Shown piece after piece: positions 38,181-52,700 of a stretch of DNA of 64,000 bases. The position numbers were made by a program, and so were the translations under genes. Source of the stretch: Octopus vulgaris (lineage: Eukaryota); contig OX597815.1 in assembly GCA_951406725.2 (NCBI GenBank), positions 42,408,001 through 42,472,000 on the forward strand, given 5' to 3'. Position 1 is the first letter of the stretch. Each line of letters opens with the position of its first letter. The notes beneath the pieces were generated by a model. The model searched no databases, was not told the DNA's origin, and saw only the letters and a list, made by a program, of their open reading frames with translations.

Positions 38181-38357
38181 CACAGTATGTATATGAATAA
38201 AATTTCACTTCAAATTATTAGTAATAAGCCCCAAATCAAGTTCGTTAATATTAGGTATTTTGACTGTCGATCTATATACAATGATCTTGGCTAGGCAGAA
38301 TATGATGGGCACTCTCAAAACTTACTCTAATTATTTTGTGGAGTATTACTAATTCTT

Positions 38358-39157
38358 ATTTCTTTACTACCCACAAGTGGCTAATCACAGAGGGGACAAA
38401 CAAGGACAGACAAACGGATTAAGTCGATTATATCGACTCCAATGCGCAACTGGTACTTATTTAATCGACTCCGAAAGGATGAAAGGCAAAGTCGACCTCG
38501 GCAGAATTTGAACTCAGAAAATAATGGCAGACGAAATAAATACCGCTAAGCATTTCGCCCGGCGTGCTAAAGTTTCTTATTTCTTTATTGCCCACAAATG
38601 GGCTAAACATAGACGGAACGAACAAGGATAGACAAACGGATTAAGTCGATCACATCGACCCCAGTGCGTAACTGGTACTTATTTAATCGACCCCGAAAGG
38701 AGTATTACTAATTCTTCTGGTACTTATTTAATCTGGTACTTATTTAATCGACCCCGAAAGGATGAAAGGCAAAGTCGACCTCGGCGGAATTTGAACTCAG
38801 AACGTAGCGGCAGACGAAATACCGCTAAGCATTTCACTCGTCGCGCTAACATTTCTGCCAGCTCGCCGCCTTCCTTCTCGGATTAAGTCGATTATATCGA
38901 TCCCAGTGCGTAACTGGTACTTATTTAATCGACCCCGAAAGGATGAAAGGCAAAGTCGACCTCGGCGGAATTTGAACTCAGAACGTAGTGGCAGACGAAA
39001 TCCCGCTAAGCATTTCTCACGGCGTGCTAAAGTTTCTTATTTCTTTATTGCCCACAAGGGGCTAAACATAGACGGAACGAACAAGGATAGACAAACGGAT
39101 TAAGTCGATCACATCGACCCCAGTGCGTAACTGGTACTTATTTAATCGACCCCGAAA
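38358..39157 (-). mobile_element. Rearranged SINE family A array
   Basis: Several overlapping family A units; flanking motif ggagtattactaattctt present three times. Confidence 0.88.
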
Positions 39158-40792
39158 GGAGTATTACTAATTCTTCTTTGGTTTTATTAAGCCATATTAG
39201 GTGCTATACTTTGGACTAAATTAGGCTTAATCGAATAAGATAATTTCATAGAGCTCTTGGTAAAGATACTGTAGTACCTATGGGACTGGGGATTTAAAAA
39301 AAATTTAGAATAAAGGATATTTTAGCGAAGGAATTATTAGGCTGTAACGAAAGCATAATTATTAGGGATAGCGCACTCTTATTTTAAGCCTAGTAGGAAT
39401 TGGGTTAAACCCATAATTCACAGCCTGTTTTCCCGAAGGTTTAATTAAACTCTGTTCTTAATTATTGATGAATTAACATCTAAAATTAACGGTACCAATT
39501 AACCGAGTGTGTTATGAAAACATTGTCGTCGTAAAAAGTTGTTCGGTGACGTACGTGACAGATTAGCATATTTGCGTTCGAATCTGCAGGAAGGTAATCG
39601 GAATAAATATGCGAATAATGTTTTCAGATCATCCTGCACACAGTGCAAATAACGGTTTTTACCATCCAAAATTATTTTACTGATATGCCTTATATCAGAT
39701 CGTCACCCTAATTGAGTCCTTTATAAAAAGTAGTTCCTGTCATTCTTCCAAGTAAAATTCACTTGCAATTGCTTATGAGCAACTGTAGTTGTGGCATTCA
39801 TGTTATTGACATCATACAAAGTAATCCATTTAATTTTTCTAAAGTCGTTTCTCAGTGATTTAAAATGCGGTAAAAGTGGTTTTATCGATCTTGGTATAAA
39901 TTATTAGTTTTGTCAAAAAGGATTAGAATGTCGTTAGATGCATAAATGTTTTTTAATCTTCTTTCGAAACTCTTGGTGAGGATATTTATGTATCTCTTAA
40001 ATTTAAGGTAATTTAATAATGTCATTTTAGAAGTCAGTAAACAAAAGATTCACAGGTATGTCCTTGTAAGTTCCGAAGTCAAAGTTTTTCTTTCTTATTT
40101 TTTACATTACTGTCGATAAGGATGATATGCTTGCCATTTTACATCCATTGGCATCGAAAAGATTGTTCATAATAAATATATGTGCGTGTGCCTTTGGGTT
40201 TATGTTTGCTTCCCATCGCCGCTTGACAACCGTGTTGGTTGTCGATTTTTTTCGACTAAAGACTTCAAGGTAGTGCTCCAGCATGGCAGTAGTTCAAGAT
40301 AGTTATATCAGTTACTTTTGTTTTGTAAAAGTAGTTTAAAGAATTATATAGTTTCTTCAATCGTTATTGAGCAACAAATTTATAGCAGCATTAGCGTCAG
40401 CAAAGCCTCTGTCACAGACTCATTGACGTTACAGAGTAAACGGTATATCGGCAGAAGCTCTCTGCCAGAGAATTTAAGGAGTCTAGCCTTGAGAAATTGC
40501 CCTGTCTCATATTTTCTTCTGAAGTTCTTGTTCGAGTTACTTGCCTGTGAAGAAAGGATTTTGAAAGGGGCCTACAAGAAATCCACTGACTTGAGCTTTG
40601 CTTTCATAGTCTCGCCCCACTATATAGACGATGGATAGACATGGTCTCTGAAGCTAGCTGTAGTGACAACTACTCATCTAATAACTTAGTTACTATCAGC
40701 TAAAAGAAAAAACAATAAATACATAAGTAAAAACAAACAGTTGCAACAAAATTGCAGTAAAATTATCAGTAAAACTGAGTGCAGCAATAATG

Positions 40793-41235
40793 GCTCCAAC
40801 TTTTAAAACAAGGCCAGGACTTTTAGAGGAGTAGCCGATTACGTCGACCCACAGTGCTCAATCGGCACTTAATTCATTAAACCTGGAATACTGCGAAGCA
40901 GAGTCATTCTCGGCAGAATTTGAAATCGGAACGTAAAAACGGAAAAATGCTGCTAGGAGTTTTGTCCGGTCTGCTAACGATTCTACCAGTTCGCCGCTTT
41001 AACTGCAACCTTAATAAAAACAATAATGTTTTCAAATTTTGGCTCAAGGCTAGCAATTCCGGTGGAAAGGGATAGTCAACTACATCGACTCAAGTGCTCA
41101 ACTGGTCCTTATTTTATCGAACCCGAAAGGATGAAAGTCGACCTCGACAGAATTTGGGATCAGAACGTAAAGACGGACGAATTGCCACTAAGCATTTTGC
41201 CTGGCGTGCCAACGATTCTGCCAGCTTTCCACCGA
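40793..41235 (-). mobile_element. Two tandem diverged SINE family A copies
   Basis: Each ends in ctaacgattct.ccag.t..cc.c (reverse head), with core cccgaaaggatgaaag. Confidence 0.75.
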
Positions 41236-42048
41236 TGGTTCTTTTGCGTGCTTGCTCTGTCTTCGACAAATATTATCTAAACGCAGTTTAAATCACATCC
41301 TCTCATCTTAAAAATAACGCATTGAATAATATAGTTCCTTGCAGACCATTCCTGCAAAATAGATAGTCATTACTTGAATACCTTTGATCATAAATCTGCT
41401 CGATTACGAACAACTTGTAGCTAAACAACAACGATGACGATGAAATAATAAAAGCAGAAGGCTATAGGAAGAGCAAGAACAATAGCAGCAAAAACAAAGG
41501 AAAACGTAACATACGCTGTAGTTATAACAATAACTCTAACAACGATGTTAACATCAGTGGAAACAACAAAGGCAGCGTTAGAAACGACAAGAATAGCAAC
41601 AGCTGTAAATAGCTACTGCAATTGCAGCTGAAAGAGTTAAAAAATAGGAGAAAGAGTAACAATAACCATTACAGCATTAACAGCTGGAGCATCAGCTTTG
41701 TCAGCAATATCAATAGCCACATCAGAGTAACCAGTAACAATAACAACAGACGAAAGAGAGCTGTTAGAATCAGGATAGAAAATCGATAGGAACTTGGTAA
41801 TTTACCTTTATATCAAAGTAGAAATTATTTTTTTATCATCGAAGCTAAAGCTTTAAACTCTTGTCAATTATGATATTTTACATTAAACATCTCACCTGAG
41901 AAATATCTTAAATATGACAATATGACAGAGAGATGTCTTTTCGATATTTCGTAAGCTATATTACACAGATTCTGCAATTGAACATTTTTTCGTCTTTTTA
42001 ATTATATATTCAATTAAAATAATTATACATACACACATATATACATAC

Positions 42049-42117
<69 letters not shown>

Positions 42118-42137
42118 CTTACATACATGCATGCATA

Positions 42138-42211
<74 letters not shown>

Positions 42212-43019
42212 ATATGTATGTATATATTAAAGCCTGTCTGCAGTATGCGTATTGTTAGTTTGTATATGTGTGTGTGTTCTTTTTTTTTGATTTTTTGAAG
42301 TTTTTCACAAAAATCGCAATCACGAATTTCGTGCCGTTAATTCTGAGCCTACTTTAAATATAAAGTCTCTTGTCTCTCATATTTTCAGAAGTTAATGCAT
42401 TTTCTTTGACTTCAACATTTTCCATCTTAATTATCTTCATTTCATGAGTATGAGAAAAGAAAAATTTAATTTACAAATAAATTCATTCGAAACAGATTTT
42501 ATTCACACGCATAAGCACACAGACACACGAACAAAAAACTACATACATGAACACACACGCATACACATAAACACACACATGTAAATATAAATATATAAAT
42601 AAACATATAATTGGTTAGAAGCTTTTATCGAAATTTCTCATTATCCCCTATGGGGTGAAGTTCATTTATTTTCGCAACGTTTGCAGTTTGACCACCCTCA
42701 AAATACATTGTTGTGGATTACACGGCTTCAATCTCCCTGCCTCCATTAATGTCTGCTTACTTTGCCATGATAATCTCTACCTACTTCTTGAAATAAAGCT
42801 ATCGCATTTGCTACCCGATTTGCACAAAACTCAACGCTGCAAAAATCTTTTTACTTGTTTCATATCAATATTGAGACACTCTTGATGTCTCAGTACCTTT
42901 GAATCTCAAACACATTATTTCTAAATCAGCTTCCTTCTTTCTCGATATTTTCAATATTTTTTTATCTCGGGAGAGTCATTATGCTAATAATAAAGACACG
43001 CAATTTACTTCTCTTTTTA

Positions 43020-43462
43020 TTATTCGGTAGTTTTATTTTTATAGCGTGCTTTCACTTCACTACCGAGCGCAGCTCTGTGTGCCTTGGGTATGTGCTGTGA
43101 CTTGTTGTGATGCTCTTACGGTTACTGTGTTGAAAGTGTTTTGCGTAGGATGTGTGCAGTGCCCAGTAGTGCAATTTTCTGTATGTTATATATATTTATA
43201 AGTCCTGGTGTTTTTGTTATGTATTTGTCTGAATATTTTTTATCATGCCTAATGCGCCTACTATGATAGGAGTTGCTTCTGTTTTTAGATTCCACATTCG
43301 AGTTGCCTCTATTTCCAGGTCATTGTATTTTGAAAGTTTCTCCATTTCTTTTAGAGAAACGTTGTCATCTGCTGGTATTGATACATCAATTAGAAAAAAA
43401 AAATTTCTTCATGATCTCTGACAACTAAATCCGGCCAATTAGCCTTAATTTCTCTATCTTTG
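43020..43462 (-). mobile_element. 5'-truncated R4/Dong LINE (RLE plus 3' UTR)
   Basis: DREIKANWPDLVVRD...LIDVSIPADDNVSLKEMEKLSKYNDLEIE..RMWNLKT...IIVGALG...KIALLGTAHILRKTLS*. Confidence 0.92.
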
Positions 43463-43496
43463 TGAATTATTATTATTATTATTTATTATTATTATT

Positions 43497-44210
<714 letters not shown>

Positions 44211-45399
44211 AGTCAATAGGTTAAGGTGGTGATCTGGTAGAATCATTAGCACGACAAACAAAATCCGTAGCGCTATTTCGTTCGTCTTTATGTTATGGGC
44301 TCAAATTCCACCGTGGACGACTTCGTTTTGTCCATCAAATTAATCGGCTAAGTTTGTCAAAATCTTTTCGTTGCCATTCGGGACCTCAATCATGACAAGC
44401 TTTCTCTTGTCCAGGTCTGCTTCAGCTACAAATCTGTTCTAGTGTAGGAAGATAGACGAAGAGGGATCACCCTACCACCATCCTTTCAAGGAATCCGAAG
44501 ATAATAAAAAATATAGAAAACAACTAACATTCCTCATATTTCAGATGTACTTCATAATAAAAGCACATATAATTGATCTATGTTTTTGGAGTCATTACTC
44601 ATTGCACTTTTAAATATAGGAAATATACTGTAATGTTCTAACATTACTTTTCCTCTTTTACTAGTTTCAGTCATCTTTTACTTGTTTCAGTTTTTGGTCG
44701 AACAAATCGATCCTAGTACTTAGTTTTTTTAAAGTTTGGCACTTATTCCTTCAGCTATTTTTGCCGTACCGAAGAACAATTGGAAAGACAACCCTGACCA
44801 CTAGTTAGATATCAAATGAAAAATTTTTCCATGTAATTTATTTACAAAACTCTGAATGACTTACAATCCAAAACTATTGGAAAGAATATAAGTAATGTTG
44901 AATTAATATTTTATAGTTAAGAATTTCTCTCTGATTATTGAACATCAATTATTGAAAAGTCACAACACTCTCTGTTCTGACATTCCTATTGATTTATTCC
45001 TGCCAACATAATCATTATTTTACACTATATCTATCGTAAGTGCCATAGTGTAGTTGCACGTTATCTAACATTTTATTTCACTTAAGTTATTAATATTCTC
45101 AGGGAAACATGCTGACATCAGGATTTGTAGTTTCTGCTAAACTTCTTAGTTTCCTTTTAAATGTTTACTGTTCTCAGTTATTATTAGATTCATATGGCTC
45201 GTTGCTTTATGAATGGAATAAATAATATTCCGTTTCATTGAAACGGAATATATAAAAAAAATTATATATAAATATATATAAAAAAAATTAAGTTACACCA
45301 ATTTGGAAATTACAAATACTGTTTGTTTCTCTGTACCGTTGAGCCTTGAGCGCGACCATACACAAACACAGGCACGCACACACACGCACACACACAGAC

Positions 45400-45474
<75 letters not shown>

Positions 45475-45477
45475 AAA

Positions 45478-45834
45478 CAAGACATAAATAATGGTCTTAC
45501 CATATTTCTTTATTATAATAAATTTGACTTACTGCTGTATCTAGTAGTCAGATTCGTTATTGATGGTTTACTGAATCGACCCATTGATTGTTTGAGAAAA
45601 ATTGAACGACCTAGATTATTAATGATACTTTCATTAGAGTCATTTCTAGTTATAGAAATGTCTTTGACAAACGTAGCGTTAATAATCTAGGTCGTTCAAA
45701 TTTTTCAACCGATCAACTGGTCGATTGAGTAAACGTATCACTAACAAATCTATAATGACAACTAGAAACAGCTGTAAGGCAAACTTACTACAATAAAGAA
45801 ATATAGAATGACCATTATATATATCTTATCTTGT
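45478..45834. repeat. ~350-bp imperfect palindrome (foldback element)
   Basis: Centre catttcta-gtta-tagaaatg at 45641-45660; arms ttgaacgacctagattattaa / ttaataatctaggtcgttcaa, extending to ataatggtc / gaccattat. Confidence 0.85.
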
Positions 45835-46453
45835 ATATCACTCTGTGTGAAAAACCAATATAACTGGAACACAACCATAGACTTACAATATAGAATGGAT
45901 TTCTTTACTAATTTAAGAAATAGCGTTAGCCTGGTATACTAACAGAGATCTTATAAAGTATTTTGCCCGGATTGATAATCTCTCACTAATGACTTATATA
46001 TATATATATATATATATATACTTAACCACTAAATCATTGTCTCTCAATAGAAAAGGAAAGAAGGAAAAAATTTGACAATATACTCCAAAAACACGCACAC
46101 AAACACACCTGACAAATCATGAATAAGAAACTTCCCATCCAATTCAAAAGAGTTCTTTTCAATAGAATTCCTGAAACTTGAACCCTTGAACCCCACCCCA
46201 AACCTAGACAAAATATGTATATATGAGAATGACTCTAAAGTAAAATTTCACTTTACACTAAAACAGGAGTACAAACCGTTAAAAAATTCTTTTCAAAGTT
46301 TGATAAGAGGGATACATCGAAACTGGGTATATTTTAGATCATTCACTGTAACAATATTAAACATACTCTAAAATATACTTCTGTATCTTTTCCAGCTTTA
46401 TTTACTTTTTTAACCATAATTTTGAATTATGACTGGACTCTTAAGCAGTTTTC

Positions 46454-46493
<40 letters not shown>

Positions 46494-46515
46494 ATATATA
46501 TATATATATAAATGT

Positions 46516-46568
<53 letters not shown>

Positions 46569-46756
46569 TATTGTTTCTGGGGAGAGTCATTCTCTTATAG
46601 TACCTTATTAATTTAACACACCCACCTGTCCGATTTCCACTAATTTACTTACTAATTTTTATTAAAAATATTCGTTGCGTCTTGCAACCTTTTCAATAAA
46701 ATATGCTTCAACCTACGAATTCCCATAAAGAATCTTGCAAACTAAATACAAAATGA

Positions 46757-46760
<4 letters not shown>
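46569..46760. repeat. Second copy of the 1990-2190 cassette with the 130-bp block inverted
   Basis: tattgtttctggggagagtcat...tcgttgcgtcttgcaaccttttcaata, then aatatgcttcaac..taaagaatcttgcaa. Confidence 0.7.
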
Positions 46761-46799
<39 letters not shown>

Positions 46800-48569
46800 A
46801 TTGTGTTTGTGTGTGCGTGTGTTGGAGAGCGCTAAAGCAAGTGTGGAATAAATCACGGAGTAGTGATAAGAGAAATGAGAAATGATATTCCAACTCTTTG
46901 ATCTAGGGCAGGTGCCTCCAGTGTAGAAAGTGAGATATAAGAACCATTCTCGTCGAGTGAATAAAGAAGTAGGGTTAACGTGTAAATTTACATGAAATAC
47001 AAAATATAGAGTGCAGAATAAAGAATACAAAACCAACGAAAGGGGCTATGACCTTGTCTCATCTTGACAATTGTTTCTGGTGAACAATGGCTTATGCCGT
47101 GACCACGTTCATTACATAGTAGAAGTCTATAATGATGTAGGTGTATGAAATAACATAAGTTCCGAGGGATTCATAACACAAAGCCAACTCACCCTCATTG
47201 GAAGAATATGGTTAAAAGCTTAGTGAGTGGAACTACTGCAGATCGCACTTTACTGTTTTAAGAAATGCAATTATGGTTGGTTATGACCAAAACGTCTTTG
47301 CCCTTTAGTTGTCCCAATGAGAGTTTGTTTAGAGCAAAACTACATCATAATAAACAACAAAAGCGACAACATCATAAACGATAACCTACAAAAACAAGTC
47401 TAATTGTTATTAACCTTTCTAGACACGAGTTCTATCACTAATTAACTAAGACCTTTAGTGGTGGTGGAGAACTTTAGCATTAATATTCAGAAACTAAACA
47501 GCAATCTGATCCTTGATTTAATCTTCAGCTGACTTCAGTTCATTGATGAGATAGTAACCTTAATGAAGAGGAAGTAATTTCAAAAATAGGCGAGATAATC
47601 GATAATTTACTATATTCCAAATAATAGCGTGAAATTTCCGATAAATTACATTGGTACGGTCATTCATTGTGGGAAAAGTTTGATTAGAAGTAATCAATTT
47701 GTTCAAGGTCGAAATCTTCCGAATAGCAACTTCATTTCAACTGAATGTCTATTATTTACTGAAATGTATTTATTAATTAATGGCATTCGGCTTTTTACTC
47801 AGCACGTACATTATTATGGTAAATGTCCATACGAAAATAATAGAAATTCTATTTCTAGTAGAATATTTATTTGATTAGGTGAACTAGATAACCAAATCTA
47901 TTGTCTTGGGCTTTTCTCTGTTTAGATTTAAGAAGTGCGTTGAGAAAGAACGAAAATCATAATTGTAAGCTAGTAGTTAAAGAAAATCAAAAGCCAATTC
48001 TTAAAAATAAAAGAAAACAAGCGCCAAAAGCAAAACAAACAAAAACAAAGTATCAAATGAAAAACAAAAAATATCAAACGAAATATACAGCAACCAATGA
48101 TAAATAATATTGCAATGATTTGCTGTGTTTTTGTAACATTGGAAGAAAACATATCTTCGAAAATCGATAATAACAAATAAAAAGGCAAAACAACAATAAG
48201 AATTACAAATAAGAATCTCGTGATTACAAAAATCCAAAGCATTGGGATCTTTGAAAACGAGTCAAAATAGTGTAATGTCTTGTTTATCAATTCAGATTAA
48301 AAATAGTAGATGGAGAGAAATCCTAGAAGTACGACTGCAATAAGACAGCAGAATATACGTTAAAAAAAGTGAAACTGCTTTTCAGGTTTTACTGGAAATG
48401 AAAAGAAAAGAAAGAAAGTAAAAAAAAAAATCAAATAATGTTAACATCTTTCCAAACAAGTCAGGAAAAAGTTTGAGATATTTTCCTCGTGTCAGGAAGG
48501 CTTGTAATCTTTTTCTTTTGATTTCTCACTTTTTTTTGTTAATGGGACCTGATTTTAGTTTCGTAGAGA

Positions 48570-48600
<31 letters not shown>

Positions 48601-48906
48601 TGTATGTATGTATGTATGTATGTATGGATGGATGGATAGATGTATGCATGTATGCATGCATGCATGTATGTATGTATGCATGTATGTATGTCCGTACGTA
48701 TGTATGTATGCATGTATGTATGTATTTATGTATGTATGTATGCATGCACGCATGTATGTATACATGCATGCACGCATGTATGTATACATGCATGCACGCA
48801 TGTATGCATGCGTGCGTGCATACATGCATATATTTAATGAATGTATGTAAGTCTGCATGTATGTAAGTATGCATGCATTCATGTATGTATGTATGCATGT
48901 ATATGT

Positions 48907-49087
48907 GAAGACGCGTAGCTTAGTGGTTAGGGTAGTCGACTTACTATCGTAAGATCGTGATTTCGATACCCGGCGGCGCGTTTTGTCCTTGAGCAAGATG
49001 CTTTATTTCCCATTGCTCCAGTCCACTCAGTTGACAAAAACGAGACATACATACATACATACATACATACATACATACATACATACA

Positions 49088-49120
<33 letters not shown>

Positions 49121-49320
49121 GCATCGTGGACTGTCTTGCCAAAGAGGACAGATAACGGCTCTGCAGTATTTTGATGAACAACCTGCACAAATAATTTGTG
49201 TAGTTATCAAATGTTTGTGTTGTACATAAGCTCATTCGCTCCATGAAACTGATACTGCCTATACATGTGCATGGTGTACCACATCTCAGATGTTTAAGTG
49301 ATCGTAGATCAATGTGAGAT
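48907..49320 (+). mobile_element. tRNA-SINE (family C-related head) split by (CATA)n
   Basis: gcgtagcttagtggttaggg...tttcgatacccgg...gtccttgagcaagatgcttt; a reversed tRNA-like head follows at ~49345-49420. Confidence 0.7.
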
Positions 49321-51578
49321 GGAGTGTATTGTATGTAAGCACCGCTTGGTCCGGGGCTCGAAACAACGATCTCGCGATCATGAGTAGGACACGCAAACCT
49401 TTAGGTCACGCACCCTTACATGCATACGCTCACATGCACATGTATAACACACACCCACATTCACTGCTAACACACTCACACACACGCACCCCTACACACT
49501 AAACGCACACACACAAAACACGCATATACGCAAACAAACACACCTTTATCTATTCATGTTATTCTTTAAAGACGTTCAACAGACATTCTCTAGCATGTCA
49601 TCCCAATGGAAGTTAATAAGGAATTATTATAGAAAAACAGAAATATATGAAATTTTAGAAATAATACAACAAATTAGAGGGCAGATGTGTTAGAAGAAGA
49701 AAACAAATAAGTTTAGAGAAAATGAAAATGAAAAAAACAAAGTTGCAGTTTATGAAGTGATACAGTATGAAATAATGTGATGGTAAACCTGGCACAGACT
49801 TGCATTCTGAGCTACATTTTAAGGAGATCTCGTTAGGGATACTTATTACGGTCGTTTTCATGCCGGCAATGTATATATTTTTCGGATGAAACCAACTAAG
49901 GTCATCTTTTGTTTTACACATGAGACCACAAATGTGCAAACCTGATGACAGTAAAGGAAATATTCTATCAAATAAATAAATAAATAAATAAATAAATAAA
50001 GTAAATAAATAAAAAATCCCATAAATAGATAAAAAGCACAGTCGATAATACACATCTATTTATGTAATGATTTGACCTTGAGAGAGAGGGTTTTCTCATG
50101 GCATCCACAGGCTTTATGAAATCGTTGAGATCAGTAACGCCGATGTTGTTCTTGAGCATTTGCATATCGACAACTGCTGGAAAACGTATGTAGGGGAGGA
50201 GAAACTACAGAACATTAATTCTTGGGAGAAAATACTGGCAACAGTCGACAGTGCAGGACTCAATATGCGTGAGGAGAGCAGAGACAAGGGAGCACGTTGA
50301 TCGTCTGAGTGGAAATGTTCAAGATTAGTTAAATTCAAAGAAGAAAAGCTGCTATTGTACTTAAGTCTTTCACTCCATATGGAGGATAGGTCATCGAGTA
50401 CTTTTTTACATTGTTCTCGATTCGGGCTCTTTTCCTCCTTCCCTTGTAGGCTACGGTATATGTTTCCCTGAAGGATGGCCTTCCTATCCTATTCTTGTTG
50501 GTTTTTATTTGCTTTCGATGCTTCTGTAACTTGCCCTTTTTTCTAGGCAGGGGCATTGTCCAATGCAAACCAATTTTTACCTCCGAAAAATGGCAGTCCA
50601 TATTGCCATAGCCTCTATTTTTTGATCTGTTCAGTATGGGAAGCCCAAGTCTATCCACTATCCTCTACGAGGCTAGCTTAACTGATGACTTCAAAACAAT
50701 GAAACGGTCCGTCAATAATACAGAACGTGTTTACACATTCTTATTTCACCCTCGGTGGAGTTTATAATATTTACATTTATTTCAGTTCTACACACGCAAG
50801 GTGAATATGTGTATACATCTGTTTTGTGTGTCCTGTACATGTATTCACATACAGATACGTGTAAGCATACATACAATATATTGGCTAAAATTGTGTTCGT
50901 TATGTCTCTGCCTCTCCTCACGCTCTCTCCTCCCTCTCTCTCTCACTGCGTGTGTTTGTACGGAACAATGTTGACTTTGTTTTTTCTTGAGTTCGTGTTA
51001 TTTTCCTTCAATTGTTTGAGCAATGTAATATTTTAAATCACAGCAGCTATGTGAGCTGCTAATTTAGTCCAATCTAAATAGGATGTAAATTATAGTTGGC
51101 CGTTGACCACAAACAATATTCGTGACTTTTTCCAATATAATCCACTTTTGACAAAGCAATAGGTCACCTTTCTCTTTCATGGTTACAACCTCGGAAAACG
51201 AAGTATCAAGTGTTTTTATCGCAGCTAGCGTGTACGAAATGCGCGAAAGTGGAAGTAGAAAACCGACTAGCTCTATCCTTTATCTATTGTTATACCAAAT
51301 TTACAAAAAGAAATAAATAAATAAAAAAACAAAACAACAACAATAACAACGTTTTGTCTCTGGATAATTGAATTATATATCGAAGAAGATCACGAAAAAG
51401 CTGCGAGGCGTCGTGACTATTTTATAAATGGTTAAAGAATGGTAACTTGAACACGAAATATGAGAGCGAAAAACGTATGTGCTAATACTATAGAGCTGAT
51501 AGAAAAATAGATTATATATATATATATATATATAAATATACATACATATATGTGTGTGTGTATATATGCATACGCATG

Positions 51579-51614
<36 letters not shown>

Positions 51615-51639
51615 TGTGTTCATATGTGTGCGATTATAA

Positions 51640-51683
<44 letters not shown>

Positions 51684-51865
51684 GTATGTATGTACATATC
51701 AAGCATTGTTGAAATAATCTAATAATAGCTGTTATAGTTCTGTATGAGCACTTCCACTTAATCCATACAATATGCATATCTACTTAGAATCCTCTTCGGA
51801 CAGACAAAGAGCAACGAAAATAGATATATGTATAAACATAAAATCTGATTGGATGCATATATATG

Positions 51866-51959
<94 letters not shown>

Positions 51960-52409
51960 CATTCGTGTAATTCGTGCTTGTAAGCATGCGTAAATCTATG
52001 CATGTATTGATAACTAGATTCATGCAACCGTGAACTTGCAAACATGTGCAATGCTAATATTCTTTCTATTAAAAAACATGTAAGAAAATCTGCGTTGCTC
52101 TGTTATCGTTGCTGCTTTTGTTTAGCCTCAGGTCAGCCCTGACTCAGCGGATTTATGATCAAATGTGTTCCAGCGTCGTCCACCTCTTCTTTCTCTCGAG
52201 AATAAGGTATTTATGACTATGTTATCCAAACTATTGCTCTTTTTTTTTCTTCTCAAAGCAGGAGAATTAACATAGAAACATACACGCCGATAATTTTCCA
52301 AATCACTTTTCCGTCTCTCTTGACTGCTATCATTTTCCTGCACATATTTCTCTCCTCACTTCCCCCTTAAACACACACGAATATTTTACCCTTTATATTT
52401 CACAAAGTG

Positions 52410-52700
52410 AAAGTGCATAGTCTAGTGGTCTGGGTGTTGTACACTCACGATTGCATGGTCATAGTTTTGGTTACCAGGCCGGTGTTGAAAAGCACTTCAT
52501 TTCGCGTTACCGCACTCAACTCAGTTGTTAACGGGTAATCATGAGATAGATTAGCATTTCGTTCAGGAGAAATGTTGGTCTCCTGCCCGCCTGGCCAGCG
52601 GTGTGGCATCATTCGAAAGTTACAAGAATGTGAAGAAGCGCATTGTGATCAGCGGTGTATTACAACAGTGATAAAGGCTAATCGATAAAGTGACACTGAT
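52410..52700 (+). mobile_element. Diverged tRNA-SINE related to 48907-49320
   Basis: gcatagtctagtggtctgggtgttg..ctcacgattg...gcacttcatttcgcgtt..cactcaactcag. Confidence 0.5.
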
